A stretch of DNA of 64,000 bases from Escherichia phage vB_EcoM_WFH: the sequence record NC_048194.1; one strand, 5' to 3'. Position 1 is the stretch's first letter, and every line of letters starts with the position of its first letter. A program made the translations under genes and the position numbers. The notes beneath the pieces are model-generated. The model made no database searches and had not been told where the DNA came from. It saw nothing but the letters and a program-made list of their open reading frames with translations. Of this stretch, positions 37,562 through 46,758 are shown in pieces.

Positions 37562-40445
37562 CTGGATACACCTGTTTGATCACGTCGACGATAAACATGT
37601 CAATACCTTCAAGCTTGCGGCCTTTCATCAGAAAGAATGCGCCGTTCCCGACGTTCTCTGCAATGTACTTACCGTATTTCTGGAACTTCTCTGGGCGAAT
37701 CCTGAAGCGCATTGGCGAGTCGGTCGAATCGTCCTTGCACATAAGGTCAATGAACTGAGTCTCAAGCTTGTTTCCATACTGGTCAAACTCTGCGTAGCGG
37801 CCATCAGCTTGAAGACCCTTTTTAAGTTTGCCGTGCTTTGTATAAATGCCGCGCTCAAGACGTTTACGGATGCGTGTCGCTTCGTTCTCGTCAGCCAGCA
37901 CTTTCTTGGTCAACTTGCCGATTACTATTGCACGCTCGTCATCGCCGACTTCCTTCATCTGGCGTATTGAAGCACCGGAAGTAACGCCAATCAGATAGGG
38001 GTCATTATACGCCCAGCCAAACTTGGTGTGCATCTCTGTAAGGTCGCCGTATTTGACTTCAGCATTGGCCAATGCATCCTTTTGTTTTTGCGTTAAGGTT
38101 CCGGCTTCACGCGCTTCGATGTACTTCATCGCCTTCACCATTCCGTACCCTTTGGCGTTCATTATGCCGCCGATTAGCTTTCCGTTAGCGATGGTCCAGT
38201 TCATTGAAGAGTGATCAGGGTCGATTGGCACATAATCCACGCCTTCCTTTGCAAGTTCACGTAATATCGCAATCGTCTGGTCTTCGTCCTTAGCAGCGCG
38301 TAAGCAAGCAGCGGCAAATTCCAACGGGTAGTGTCGTTTAAGCCACAAGGTCCAGTAAGTCACGACCGCGTATGACACGGAGTGTGACTTGTTAAAGCCC
38401 CATGACCCGAACGTCGCCATCGCCTGCCAAAGCTTTCTTGCATCCGCTTCCGGTACGCCGTTATTTATTGCGCCTGCAACGAAGTCTTCGCCAAGCTTGT
38501 TAAAGTATTCCTCACCCTTACGACCTGACATCGCCTTACGCACAGCTGACGTTTTCGCCCAGTCGAATGAACCAATCTCTTTAACCACGGCCATGATTTG
38601 CTCTTGGTAAAGAAACACGCCATAAGTCTCTTTTAAGTACGGCTCAAGCTGCGGCACGTCGTACTCAATCGGCGCACGTCCTGCCGCGCGTTCAATGTAT
38701 TTCTGGGCCATACCGGACGACAACGGGCCAGGTCGGCCAAGTGCTGTCAGGTTATCGATTTTGTTAAAGTTATCAACGTGCACAAAGTTGGTCACTGAGC
38801 GTACAGCGTCGCCTTCAAACTGGAAGATGCCTGACATCTTGTTTTCGTTAAGGATGTCAAGGACGCTTTGGTCATCAAGCTTGATTCCGTACAGCGTTTC
38901 AGCATCTATCACGCCAGTATCAGAAATGATTCCGAGGGTGCGAAGACCCAATGCATCAAGCTTCAAAAGGTTAAGGTATTCGCTGTCAGGCTTATCAATT
39001 TGTGCAATCCCTTCCGCCGTTACCGTACAGTAATCAGAGATTGGGTCATTACAAACGATGATTCCCGCTGCGTGAACGCCAGTGTGGGAAGGGTGAATCT
39101 CAAGGTCACCCATGCATCGCGCGGCATCGGGATATTTAGCCACAAACTCTTGGCCCGTGGTCGTTGTTGCAAAGGTGTCCTCCAGGCCGTGGCCATAACG
39201 GGCGTCACCGGATGAGTATTCAAGCAATGCGTTTTTAATGTTGGCCGTTTCGTGATATCCAATGTTGAATTTCTTACCAACCTGAGCCATTACTGAGTTG
39301 GCCTTAAGCGTGTTGATGTTGCCAAGTTTTGCAACGTTCATTTCGCCGTATTTTTCTTTAAGGTAATCAAAAACCATATAGCGTTTGGTATCCTCAAAGT
39401 CAATATCAATATCAGGAAGGTCTGCGCGGCTTACGTCAATGAATCGGGCAAACAGTAGCTTATACGGGATTGGGTCAACCTCCGTGATGCCGAGGCAATA
39501 ACAAACCAGTGAACCAGCCGATGAGCCGCGAGCGGGTCCGACGAGCATTTTTGTTTTTGCGAATCGTACAAGGTCCGCTACCACCAGAAAGTATGAGTCG
39601 AAATCTTTCAGCTGAATCTGGTGAATCTCTTCGTTGAATCGGTCCTCATATTCCTGAGTCCATTCTTTGATGTGACCTGCCTTAAGGCGGTACTCCATCC
39701 CCTCACGAGCAAGCTTTACCATGTCACCAGCAAGGTGGATAATCGGTGCCTTGCGCAGCTTCAGGTCAAGCCCAACGATTCCATTTGCAATATCAACCGC
39801 ATTGGCCGTTGCTTGATTCAACTCGTCTTCGGTCAGGATTCCTTTAAGCTGTTTGCGCAAGTCTTCCGCGTCAACGATGCAGTGCGGCTTAACCGTGTCT
39901 CGAACTTCCCATGCATAAGCAAAGTCAACGTGCTCAGGTGAAGGCATGTGGTTGTATCCGGTTAAAACCAGCGGCCTTCCGTTGCTGCGGTGAGCCAATA
40001 CCTGGCGCTTGGCCAAAAGGAACGATGATGGGTTGACGTCTATATAATCATAGTCCTCTGGCCGCAGCAGCTCCACGGCCCCGCCACAGAATTTAACGAC
40101 GCCATCGAGCGCCCCGAACTCTGCACGGGTCAGTCCGCCGCGCTGTGTTGCAAGCGTGGTCGCGTTGTAAAAGGATTTCAGGTCAAGCGCCAATATCCAA
40201 GCCTTCGGTTTGAATCCCTTTTTCGGGTCCGCATCAGGGTCAATGATTGGAATCTCCATACCGAACATAGGCTTGATATCATTCTTCTGACATTCCTTTT
40301 CCCATCGAACGTGACCCCATGTATTGTTATCAACTAATGCCGCGACTTCGCAGCCCAACTCTTTGAGCCGTGCTATAATTTCAGGATGCCGTCCATATAC
40401 TTCTTTGAACGTGTAACCGCTGCGAACTCTCAATTGTGGAAACAT
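37548..40445 (-). CDS. dnaE: DNA polymerase III alpha subunit (DnaE-type replicative polymerase)
   Basis: 965 aa; N-terminal PHP-domain pattern; hallmark motif GFNKSHSVSYAVVTYWTLWLKRHYPLEFAAACL matching DnaE palm region. Confidence 0.9.
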   Translation of the reverse strand: MFPQLRVRSGYTFKEVYGRHPEIIARLKELGCEVAALVDNNTWGHVRWEKECQKNDIKPMFGMEIPIIDPDADPKKGFKPKAWILALDLKSFYNATTLATQRGGLTRAEFGALDGVVKFCGGAVELLRPEDYDYIDVNPSSFLLAKRQVLAHRSNGRPLVLTGYNHMPSPEHVDFAYAWEVRDTVKPHCIVDAEDLRKQLKGILTEDELNQATANAVDIANGIVGLDLKLRKAPIIHLAGDMVKLAREGMEYRLKAGHIKEWTQEYEDRFNEEIHQIQLKDFDSYFLVVADLVRFAKTKMLVGPARGSSAGSLVCYCLGITEVDPIPYKLLFARFIDVSRADLPDIDIDFEDTKRYMVFDYLKEKYGEMNVAKLGNINTLKANSVMAQVGKKFNIGYHETANIKNALLEYSSGDARYGHGLEDTFATTTTGQEFVAKYPDAARCMGDLEIHPSHTGVHAAGIIVCNDPISDYCTVTAEGIAQIDKPDSEYLNLLKLDALGLRTLGIISDTGVIDAETLYGIKLDDQSVLDILNENKMSGIFQFEGDAVRSVTNFVHVDNFNKIDNLTALGRPGPLSSGMAQKYIERAAGRAPIEYDVPQLEPYLKETYGVFLYQEQIMAVVKEIGSFDWAKTSAVRKAMSGRKGEEYFNKLGEDFVAGAINNGVPEADARKLWQAMATFGSWGFNKSHSVSYAVVTYWTLWLKRHYPLEFAAACLRAAKDEDQTIAILRELAKEGVDYVPIDPDHSSMNWTIANGKLIGGIMNAKGYGMVKAMKYIEAREAGTLTQKQKDALANAEVKYGDLTEMHTKFGWAYNDPYLIGVTSGASIRQMKEVGDDERAIVIGKLTKKVLADENEATRIRKRLERGIYTKHGKLKKGLQADGRYAEFDQYGNKLETQFIDLMCKDDSTDSPMRFRIRPEKFQKYGKYIAENVGNGAFFLMKGRKLEGIDMFIVDVIKQVYPDGNK

Positions 40446-40987
40446 TATTTACTCCAGATGTCATATACGCCAATTTGTTGGCAGACTTTGTGCAGTAATA
40501 TTACGTCGTCTAATGCACGGTGTTTCTGTTCATATTTTCCGAAATATAATTCATACAGCTCTTGAAGCTTAACTCTTCGGCCAAAAATAGGCAAGGTTTG
40601 CTCGACTGTACAAATGTTTATTTCTGGAAAATTAACATCACCAAGTGTAAGACCTTCGCGCTGTAGTGCATAATCAAGAATGTTCTTATCGAACGCATGG
40701 TTGTGCGCGATAGTTGCATCAGTCTTCTTGAAGATTTCTTTTAGCTGCGGAACGAAATTGATGAATGGTGGATTGCACTCAAGGTCTTCATTTGTTAATC
40801 CGGTAATCTTTGTGATGATTTCTTCAATCACAATTTCAGGATTAATTATGAACTCGAAAGTTTCAAGAATCTCTTTTCCATCCGTCAACAGGCCTGCAAA
40901 TTCAATAGGGCGCGGCTGCATCCCAAGCGGCGCTTTCGGGTGCACGGTTAATCCGGTTGTTTCGAAGTCATAAGGGAGAAATAACAC
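40445..40987 (-). CDS. DnaQ-like 3'-5' exonuclease (DEDD family)
   Basis: 180 aa, GTG start with RBS aggagg; Exo I motif YDFETTGL; gene directly upstream of dnaE. Confidence 0.75.
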   Translation of the reverse strand: MLFLPYDFETTGLTVHPKAPLGMQPRPIEFAGLLTDGKEILETFEFIINPEIVIEEIITKITGLTNEDLECNPPFINFVPQLKEIFKKTDATIAHNHAFDKNILDYALQREGLTLGDVNFPEINICTVEQTLPIFGRRVKLQELYELYFGKYEQKHRALDDVILLHKVCQQIGVYDIWSK

Positions 40988-40998
40988 ATTAGCCTCCT

Positions 40999-41025
40999 AC
41001 AAAAAGGCCGCCCATTAGGACGGCC
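40999..41025 (-). terminator. intrinsic terminator downstream of the enzyme cassette
   Basis: GGCCG..CGGCC stem; on minus strand followed by TTTTTGT. Confidence 0.45.
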
Positions 41026-41041
41026 ACAGATTCACGATTCG

Positions 41042-41593
41042 TTATACAGTGTACGGAGTACCGTCTTGATTCAACCGCACGATGAACTTAAGGTCGACAC
41101 CAATGATTTCACGCGTATCAAAGATCACATAGTTGTAACGACGCTGACCAGCAATGTTTGGGTTGGTGTGAGAGTCGGTCACAACTTCCTGCGCAACCTG
41201 AATGCCTTCTTCTTTAAAGAACTTGCGCCATTCAGCAAGTTCAGCGGCAGTCACGTGCATACCAAGATGGCTAACCTGATTGTCGTGCGCATCGATGTAT
41301 TCGATGTTTTCGTGAATCCAGTTGCAACCTTTTGTATAGTCAAGAATTTCAAGCTCAAGAGGCTTACCAGCTCCGCCATCGGTGCCGTTGCCAGCCTGAT
41401 AGTTGAAGCGCAAGTCAGCTTCGTTGGTGCAATCGCCGCGCTGACCCTTAAAGACATCAGCTTCAAATACGCGACCAGTAGCAACAACGTGATCATGGAA
41501 CCATTCTGTCAGGCCGATTTTAGCCAGGAAATTCTGTGCGCGCTGAGCACCTGGAATTGACAGGGCGATTTGTTCAATTTTAAAATGTGGCAT
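41042..41593 (-). CDS. VOC (glyoxalase/bleomycin-resistance-like) family protein, putative
   Basis: 183 aa; two-module hydrophobic beta-alpha-beta pattern (KIEQIALSIP...FLAKIGL and VSHLGMHVT...EEGIQV) suggestive of VOC fold; weak. Confidence 0.3.
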   Translation of the reverse strand: MPHFKIEQIALSIPGAQRAQNFLAKIGLTEWFHDHVVATGRVFEADVFKGQRGDCTNEADLRFNYQAGNGTDGGAGKPLELEILDYTKGCNWIHENIEYIDAHDNQVSHLGMHVTAAELAEWRKFFKEEGIQVAQEVVTDSHTNPNIAGQRRYNYVIFDTREIIGVDLKFIVRLNQDGTPYTV

Positions 41594-41683
41594 TTTGTTT
41601 CCTTAATTAAATATTATTGATTAATTACTGTGTTGTCTTCGTCCTGTTTTTCAGGAGCAGCGACAACTTCAAATGTTCTTGAT

Positions 41684-42367
41684 TTATTTACCAAATGGAA
41701 TATCAGTACCAGACATAAAGCGCCATGCGCCCGTAATTAAGATATGGCGAATGAAGTCAGCAATTACTTGCGGCTCAGTCTCCAATCCATTCATCAGCGC
41801 CTTTTTCTGGTATTCAGCAGCATACTCAGGAGTCCAGCCGCGAGTCGCGCAAACAGCATCTTCAATCTGTTTGGACATGCCAGTACCACGTAGCTTGTTA
41901 GGACTAATAGAGAATACCGTGATCCCGTATTTAGGCGTAAGCTCGTGAGCCATCTGCTTGCTAATCATGAGCGCAGCAGCCTTGGAAGCATTATAACACA
42001 AGCTGGACGTCATAGGAATATGCGCAGCGTTGGAAACGATGTTGATCACAAAACCTTTGTTGTCAATAAGACTTTTCAGCGCGGCCTGAGTCGTGTTGAC
42101 GAAAGAGAAGGCGTTGGTGTGCATAACGCGATTGAACTCTTCGTAGTTAACATCTTCGAACCAGTTGTTGGAGTTGACGCCAGCGCAGTTGATCAAGCCT
42201 TCTACGTCGTATTGAGAGAGAAGCTCTTTCATCTGTTTCGCGTTACGGATGTCATAGCCGTTCTCCAAATCAATACCGACAACTTCATGACCGTAAGCGC
42301 CAAGGGTGTCAAAAATGGATTTACCAAGACCGGAATTGCAGCCAGTTACAACAATTACTTTTTTCAT
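41684..42367 (-). CDS. short-chain dehydrogenase/reductase (classical SDR)
   Basis: 227 aa; Rossmann motif VTGCNSGLG, NCAG, catalytic Y-x3-K (YNASKAA). Confidence 0.85.
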   Translation of the reverse strand: MKKVIVVTGCNSGLGKSIFDTLGAYGHEVVGIDLENGYDIRNAKQMKELLSQYDVEGLINCAGVNSNNWFEDVNYEEFNRVMHTNAFSFVNTTQAALKSLIDNKGFVINIVSNAAHIPMTSSLCYNASKAAALMISKQMAHELTPKYGITVFSISPNKLRGTGMSKQIEDAVCATRGWTPEYAAEYQKKALMNGLETEPQVIADFIRHILITGAWRFMSGTDIPFGK

Positions 42368-42432
42368 TTATTTATCCTTTTTGGACTTCGTTTCGATGAG
42401 ATAAATATAACTCATCGAAACGCACAAGTAAA

Positions 42433-43305
42433 CTATTTATTGAAATTAATATTATGGGTGTTGACAAGACGTTCACACATGGCGCTGTAAACACCATCAT
42501 CGTGTATTGAGTCTTCGTGCTTCAGGCCGCTGATTGCGAAGCGTGTAAGCTTGACAATCTTAAGCTCGAACAGATGCCACATGTGGTAGTCTTCCGGCGT
42601 TTTCAACGTCACGCCATTAGGGAAAAGCACCTGCATAACCTGACCTACCATCACAGCGTTATCGCCATAGACAGCGTTGCGCTCACGGAAGGTTGCTGCC
42701 ATCGCATCAAGAATATCGGCGGCAGTTGCCGGAGATTGTTCAACTTCCACAGCCTTAGTCTCTTCTTGCCCTGTTGCACTTGGATCAATTGCTAATTGTT
42801 GCACCACTTCACCTGCCTTGCAAAGATTAAATGTAAAAGCGATTTTATTTTGAGCAACGGAATTATAATACAATGCTTCATCTTGCATCCGCGCGAGTAC
42901 GTCTTGTCGGTCGTCGAATACATTGATGATTCGATAATCGCCGTGCCGCAATGCGTGCGACAGCCATGCAGATTTCATAATAGTTGATGGACGTTTGTCG
43001 CCATAGTCTCTCATCTTGATTGTAAATTCATCAAAAGGGAAAACATTGTCCAGACGTTCAAAAGTCACTTGTCTGTATTTTTCTGGCCTTGCAGTCCAAT
43101 ATTCAACCGCCTCACCGCGAAGAGATGCCGACTCTACTGCTGATGCAATGTGAGGATAGAACTGATCATAACCAATACCGCTGTGATAATCATCATAGTC
43201 TGACAACGGACCTGCCACCTTGATGCGGTCTAAGCGCCAACGGTCATCAAACAGCGTTCCGTCAAGGTCGAATACGTTTAAGATTTCGCTGTTTTTAATG
43301 CTCAT
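42433..43305 (-). CDS. HAD-superfamily phosphatase fused to a C-terminal domain of unknown function
   Basis: 290 aa; HAD motif I FDLDGTLFDD at N-terminus; C-terminal ~120 aa unrelated. Confidence 0.55.
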   Translation of the reverse strand: MSIKNSEILNVFDLDGTLFDDRWRLDRIKVAGPLSDYDDYHSGIGYDQFYPHIASAVESASLRGEAVEYWTARPEKYRQVTFERLDNVFPFDEFTIKMRDYGDKRPSTIMKSAWLSHALRHGDYRIINVFDDRQDVLARMQDEALYYNSVAQNKIAFTFNLCKAGEVVQQLAIDPSATGQEETKAVEVEQSPATAADILDAMAATFRERNAVYGDNAVMVGQVMQVLFPNGVTLKTPEDYHMWHLFELKIVKLTRFAISGLKHEDSIHDDGVYSAMCERLVNTHNINFNK

Positions 43306-44105
43306 CCTTTTGATACTCCATCTTTAGCAACTGGATTGTTGGTGATTGGCATCGCACTCCAAAACTGGATGCGCAACTCTTCTTGCTGTGCCGTGGTATC
43401 CATCCAATCACGATACCAAGGGCAATGGGCTTTACCGTGACGAGGAAATGCGCACTTACCCATACCAATGCATTGCGGCTGCAGTAATGGATTCGCCCAA
43501 GGGTGCACCTTGAGGACTTCCGCAACCATTGCGCGGAATACTTCTTGATACTCTCCTTGCGTGCGCGTGCACAAGCGGTTTGACGCCATCTGCTGCAGCG
43601 TGCGCAAGTTGAACTTTGCCATGATATGCGTTTGCATATTAGAAGGCAACACGGCACGTGCATCTTGAATCTCTGCGCCAGCCGCGCGAAGCTCTTGATA
43701 CAAAGCGTCGATAGTCGCCATCGCATCATCCCACTTCTCTGCCAGTTCAGCTGCCTTCTCGTCATGGCGAGTCCATCCCTTTGGATCATCCTCTGGGTAA
43801 GTGAATTTAGCAGGACGAATCGCATCAAATGCAGACGACTCCTGAGCGCGGCTGGTGCGTTCTTGATATGCGCCTGTGCGTGTGCGTACCATCTGATGGG
43901 TCATGTTCTTTGATACAGCTGTGATATCAAAGATATAGTCCACAAAGTCAAAAGGCGACTTGATTGTATCAAGCATGTAGCGCCAATGCTCTTGCTTCTC
44001 TGATTCCGTCATCTCAGAGACAGGCTTACCAGTCATGCGCGTGTTCTTTGTTTCCAGCAAAAGGTCAAGTGCATCTTGGGTGTATCGAATTAATTCAACT
44101 TTCAT
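43302..44105 (-). CDS. ThyX-like (flavin-dependent thymidylate synthase family) protein with non-canonical motif
   Basis: 267 aa; segment QMVRTRTGAYQERTSR aligns to ThyX RHR-x7-S signature but with Thr in place of His; Cys/His cluster near C-terminus (CIGMGKCAFPRHGKAHCPWY). Confidence 0.5.
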   Translation of the reverse strand: MKVELIRYTQDALDLLLETKNTRMTGKPVSEMTESEKQEHWRYMLDTIKSPFDFVDYIFDITAVSKNMTHQMVRTRTGAYQERTSRAQESSAFDAIRPAKFTYPEDDPKGWTRHDEKAAELAEKWDDAMATIDALYQELRAAGAEIQDARAVLPSNMQTHIMAKFNLRTLQQMASNRLCTRTQGEYQEVFRAMVAEVLKVHPWANPLLQPQCIGMGKCAFPRHGKAHCPWYRDWMDTTAQQEELRIQFWSAMPITNNPVAKDGVSKG

Positions 44106-44118
44106 TTTAATTGTCCTA

Positions 44119-44565
44119 TTAACGGTAATTCACTAGTTGCTGATCACCAGAGAAGGTGCAATGATAAACGAATTGTGCGTTATAAAGCAACTGAAAACTT
44201 TTCTTTGGTTCATTATTAGAACTCATTGATGTAAAGATTTCTGCACCAGAACGGTTTTCACCAATCAGATTGATAAAGCCGCCAGTTGAACGAGGTTGAA
44301 CGAAAGTGAAACGTTGCATCCACGGAGTCCGGTTGACACCTTTTCCGGTGAATCCTTGAATCTGAATATTCAGACCTTCTTGCTCATTCACACCGATGTA
44401 AGTGGTAATCTTCGCACCAGTCGTTGCTGCGGTCTTACCGTCCATCGCTTCGCAATCGTAAACAGCGATTGAATCGGAAGTACGGATGGCGGCTTCAGTC
44501 GCTTCCATATACATGGTGCCGAGAATAGCAGTTGCGGCAAGCGCGATTCCAGTGATTCGTTTCAT
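44119..44565 (-). CDS. secreted protein with signal peptide (148 aa)
   Basis: MKRITGIALAATAILGTMYMEA... N-terminal signal-peptide-like sequence. Confidence 0.45.
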   Translation of the reverse strand: MKRITGIALAATAILGTMYMEATEAAIRTSDSIAVYDCEAMDGKTAATTGAKITTYIGVNEQEGLNIQIQGFTGKGVNRTPWMQRFTFVQPRSTGGFINLIGENRSGAEIFTSMSSNNEPKKSFQLLYNAQFVYHCTFSGDQQLVNYR

Positions 44566-44585
44566 TTTCGTTTCCTCTATGAGTT

Positions 44586-44622
44586 CTGCTTCAATGATTA
44601 AAGTATACGCCCATTGAAGCAG
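44586..44622 (-). other. intergenic stem-loop (11-bp inverted repeat CTGCTTCAATG / CATTGAAGCAG)
   Basis: Between FAD-oxidoreductase stop and next gene's RBS; possible processing or regulatory hairpin. Confidence 0.35.
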
Positions 44623-44630
44623 AAAGCAAA

Positions 44631-45626
44631 TTATTTATTAGCAATATAAGCAAATTTTTGATAGTTATTTGCTTTGATGAGTTTTTCGACTTCAACAAGG
44701 TCATGAGCGACGTCATCAAGCAAGATATTGCGCCAGGTCGCGAATCGACCGACACTAAACACGTTTAAATCCATAGTCAGCTGCAGGAGTAGGGCGTGTC
44801 GCAAGTCTTTCGGAATGTCGACAATCTTGCCATATTTCTGGTCGACCTTTTCAACTTCTTCAAGAGCAATGTCACTCCATGAAAGGCCAAAGGCCGTCAA
44901 CACTTCGTCGACTTCTGCGCGCAGCTTCATGTCACGGTAACGAGTGATGCCGCCTGCGGCTTCAACTGCAGCTTCACTCACGCTGACCAAAGGAATTGTT
45001 TCAATGATAAGCGTGTCACCAGTAATTGATGCGCGGTAAGTTCTGACGGAGTAGTCAGGGAAGTAAATTGTCTGATACAAATCACACTTACGTTTAATCT
45101 TAAAGCGGTAAACGCGAATGTTTGCTTTATCAAATGAGAAATCAAGCTTTTGATCAATTCCAGCAAGCTTCATCATGACTGGCAGCGGCGACGTGTTGAT
45201 GATTGGCGTCTCGCTATAGCCGCAAAGAGTATCAACCGGAGTATTAAAGAATATGCGGTCACCCAGTTTGTCGACAAGCTGATCATAAAAGTCATCAGGC
45301 GCAATATAACGCGTTGCAGTCTTAAGCTTCATGATTGAACGGCTGCCAAATTGATTGGTGACCTTCATGGAATACATATTGGCAAGGTTGATTGGGCAAT
45401 GGTCGTGATAGTAGTTGCCGCGAAAATACACAGCCTTGTCAACTGTCACGGCCTTAAAAGGGATTCCGGTAATACGGCTTACTTCTTCGCCGCGAAAGCG
45501 TAGCAGCGCCTTGTGCTGTTGCGCTCGTTCCCCTGCTTCGTACACAATAGAGTTCGGGAAGTGACACGCGGTGATAAGTCCTGCCAATCCGCCGCCGATA
45601 ATCATTACAGGTTGTTTCATGTTCAT
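44631..45626 (-). CDS. FAD/NAD(P)-binding oxidoreductase
   Basis: 331 aa; N-terminal dinucleotide-binding fold MIIGGGLAGLITA; C-terminal GRFATWRN...DD reminiscent of flavoenzymes such as UDP-galactopyranose mutase or amine oxidases. Confidence 0.55.
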   Translation of the reverse strand: MNMKQPVMIIGGGLAGLITACHFPNSIVYEAGERAQQHKALLRFRGEEVSRITGIPFKAVTVDKAVYFRGNYYHDHCPINLANMYSMKVTNQFGSRSIMKLKTATRYIAPDDFYDQLVDKLGDRIFFNTPVDTLCGYSETPIINTSPLPVMMKLAGIDQKLDFSFDKANIRVYRFKIKRKCDLYQTIYFPDYSVRTYRASITGDTLIIETIPLVSVSEAAVEAAGGITRYRDMKLRAEVDEVLTAFGLSWSDIALEEVEKVDQKYGKIVDIPKDLRHALLLQLTMDLNVFSVGRFATWRNILLDDVAHDLVEVEKLIKANNYQKFAYIANK

Positions 45627-45711
45627 TTGTCCTTTGTGGGTGATATGAGAAGTATAATAGCTAAATTATTTTACAGCAACAAGTCATTTTATTTAGTACA
45701 GATGAAAAAAA

Positions 45712-45732
45712 GACCCACAACAAGTGTGGGTC
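45712..45732 (-). terminator. intrinsic terminator (GACCCACA-n5-TGTGGGTC)
   Basis: On minus strand the 8-bp stem is followed by TTTTTTTCATC; directly downstream of the K/A/E-rich gene. Confidence 0.65.
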
Positions 45733-45759
45733 AATTACCGCTGCATAACCGTCCTAAGG

Positions 45760-46599
45760 TTATTCCGCTTGATCACCGTCTTCGGCATCTTCGTTGGGTT
45801 CAACATCGACAAACTCGATGTGGCCCATCTCTTCCAGCTTGCTCAGGTAGGAGCGAACGGAAGCGCCAAACAGTTGATCTTTAACTTTTTCGCCCAGCTC
45901 ATCGATAGACTGCGCCACGCCAACTTCGCCTTCTTTGATCGCCGCCAGAACGCGTCCACGGGTGGAATGCTCTTGCGGCTGGCTCAGGCCATTGCCAGTG
46001 TAGATGAAGTGAGTAGCTTTTGCACGACGTTGACCGTTTGCCTTTTTAGCGGCCTTACGTTCTGCGATGGCTTTGCGACGTTCTTCAGCTTCTTTCTTAC
46101 GCTGTTCTTTCTGTTGTTCTGCAGCTTCTTTCGCCGCAATCTTAGCAGCTTCACGCTCTGCCTTGCGTTTCGCTTTAGCTTCTTCTTTGGCCTTCTCTTT
46201 TTCGGCCTTCGCTGCAGCACGGGCTTGATCACGCTCTGCTTTCTTAGCAGCAGCTTGTTCAGCTTTCAGGCGCTTGGCTTCTTCTTTAGCCTTTGCCTTT
46301 TCGATTTCTTTTGCTGCTTTAGCGGCTTCACGCTCTGCTTTCTTAGCAGCAGCCTTTTCTGCACGCTCTTTAGCTTTCTTAGCTGCTTCTTCAGCACGCT
46401 TCTGAGCCTTCTCATCAGCAGCCTGCTTGCGTTTCAGGGCAGCTTCTTCACGCTTGGCTTGTTTTTCCTGCTCACGCTTCTGGCGTTTTTCTTCGGCTTC
46501 TTTCTTTTTAGCCAGACGTTTTTCTTCAGCCACGCGACGGCGTTCTGCTGCAGCTGCTTGCTTTTCTTCTTTAGATAATACTTTGATTGCTTCGGCCAT
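45760..46599 (-). CDS. K/A/E/R-rich coiled-coil protein with C-terminal globular domain
   Basis: ATG at 46599 (track start is GTG two codons earlier); ~200 aa of low-complexity charged helix (AEEKRQKREQEKQAKREEAALKRK...), then ~80-aa domain (..GRVLAAIKEGEVGVAQSIDELGEKVKDQLFGASVRSYLSKLEEMGHIEF..). Confidence 0.6.
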   Translation of the reverse strand: MAEAIKVLSKEEKQAAAAERRRVAEEKRLAKKKEAEEKRQKREQEKQAKREEAALKRKQAADEKAQKRAEEAAKKAKERAEKAAAKKAEREAAKAAKEIEKAKAKEEAKRLKAEQAAAKKAERDQARAAAKAEKEKAKEEAKAKRKAEREAAKIAAKEAAEQQKEQRKKEAEERRKAIAERKAAKKANGQRRAKATHFIYTGNGLSQPQEHSTRGRVLAAIKEGEVGVAQSIDELGEKVKDQLFGASVRSYLSKLEEMGHIEFVDVEPNEDAEDGDQAE

Positions 46600-46758
46600 A
46601 TTCACAGTCCTTAAATAAATTAGTTTATTTTATATTCCCCTTTTGGGATAACTTAATTATGCCTTCAGTCGCCGCCAGTAGCAACTAAAAACTCTGGCGG
46701 CAATGCCACTTTAATTAAACTGATTTTCAGTTTTATTTTTCGTAAATTTACGTCAACA

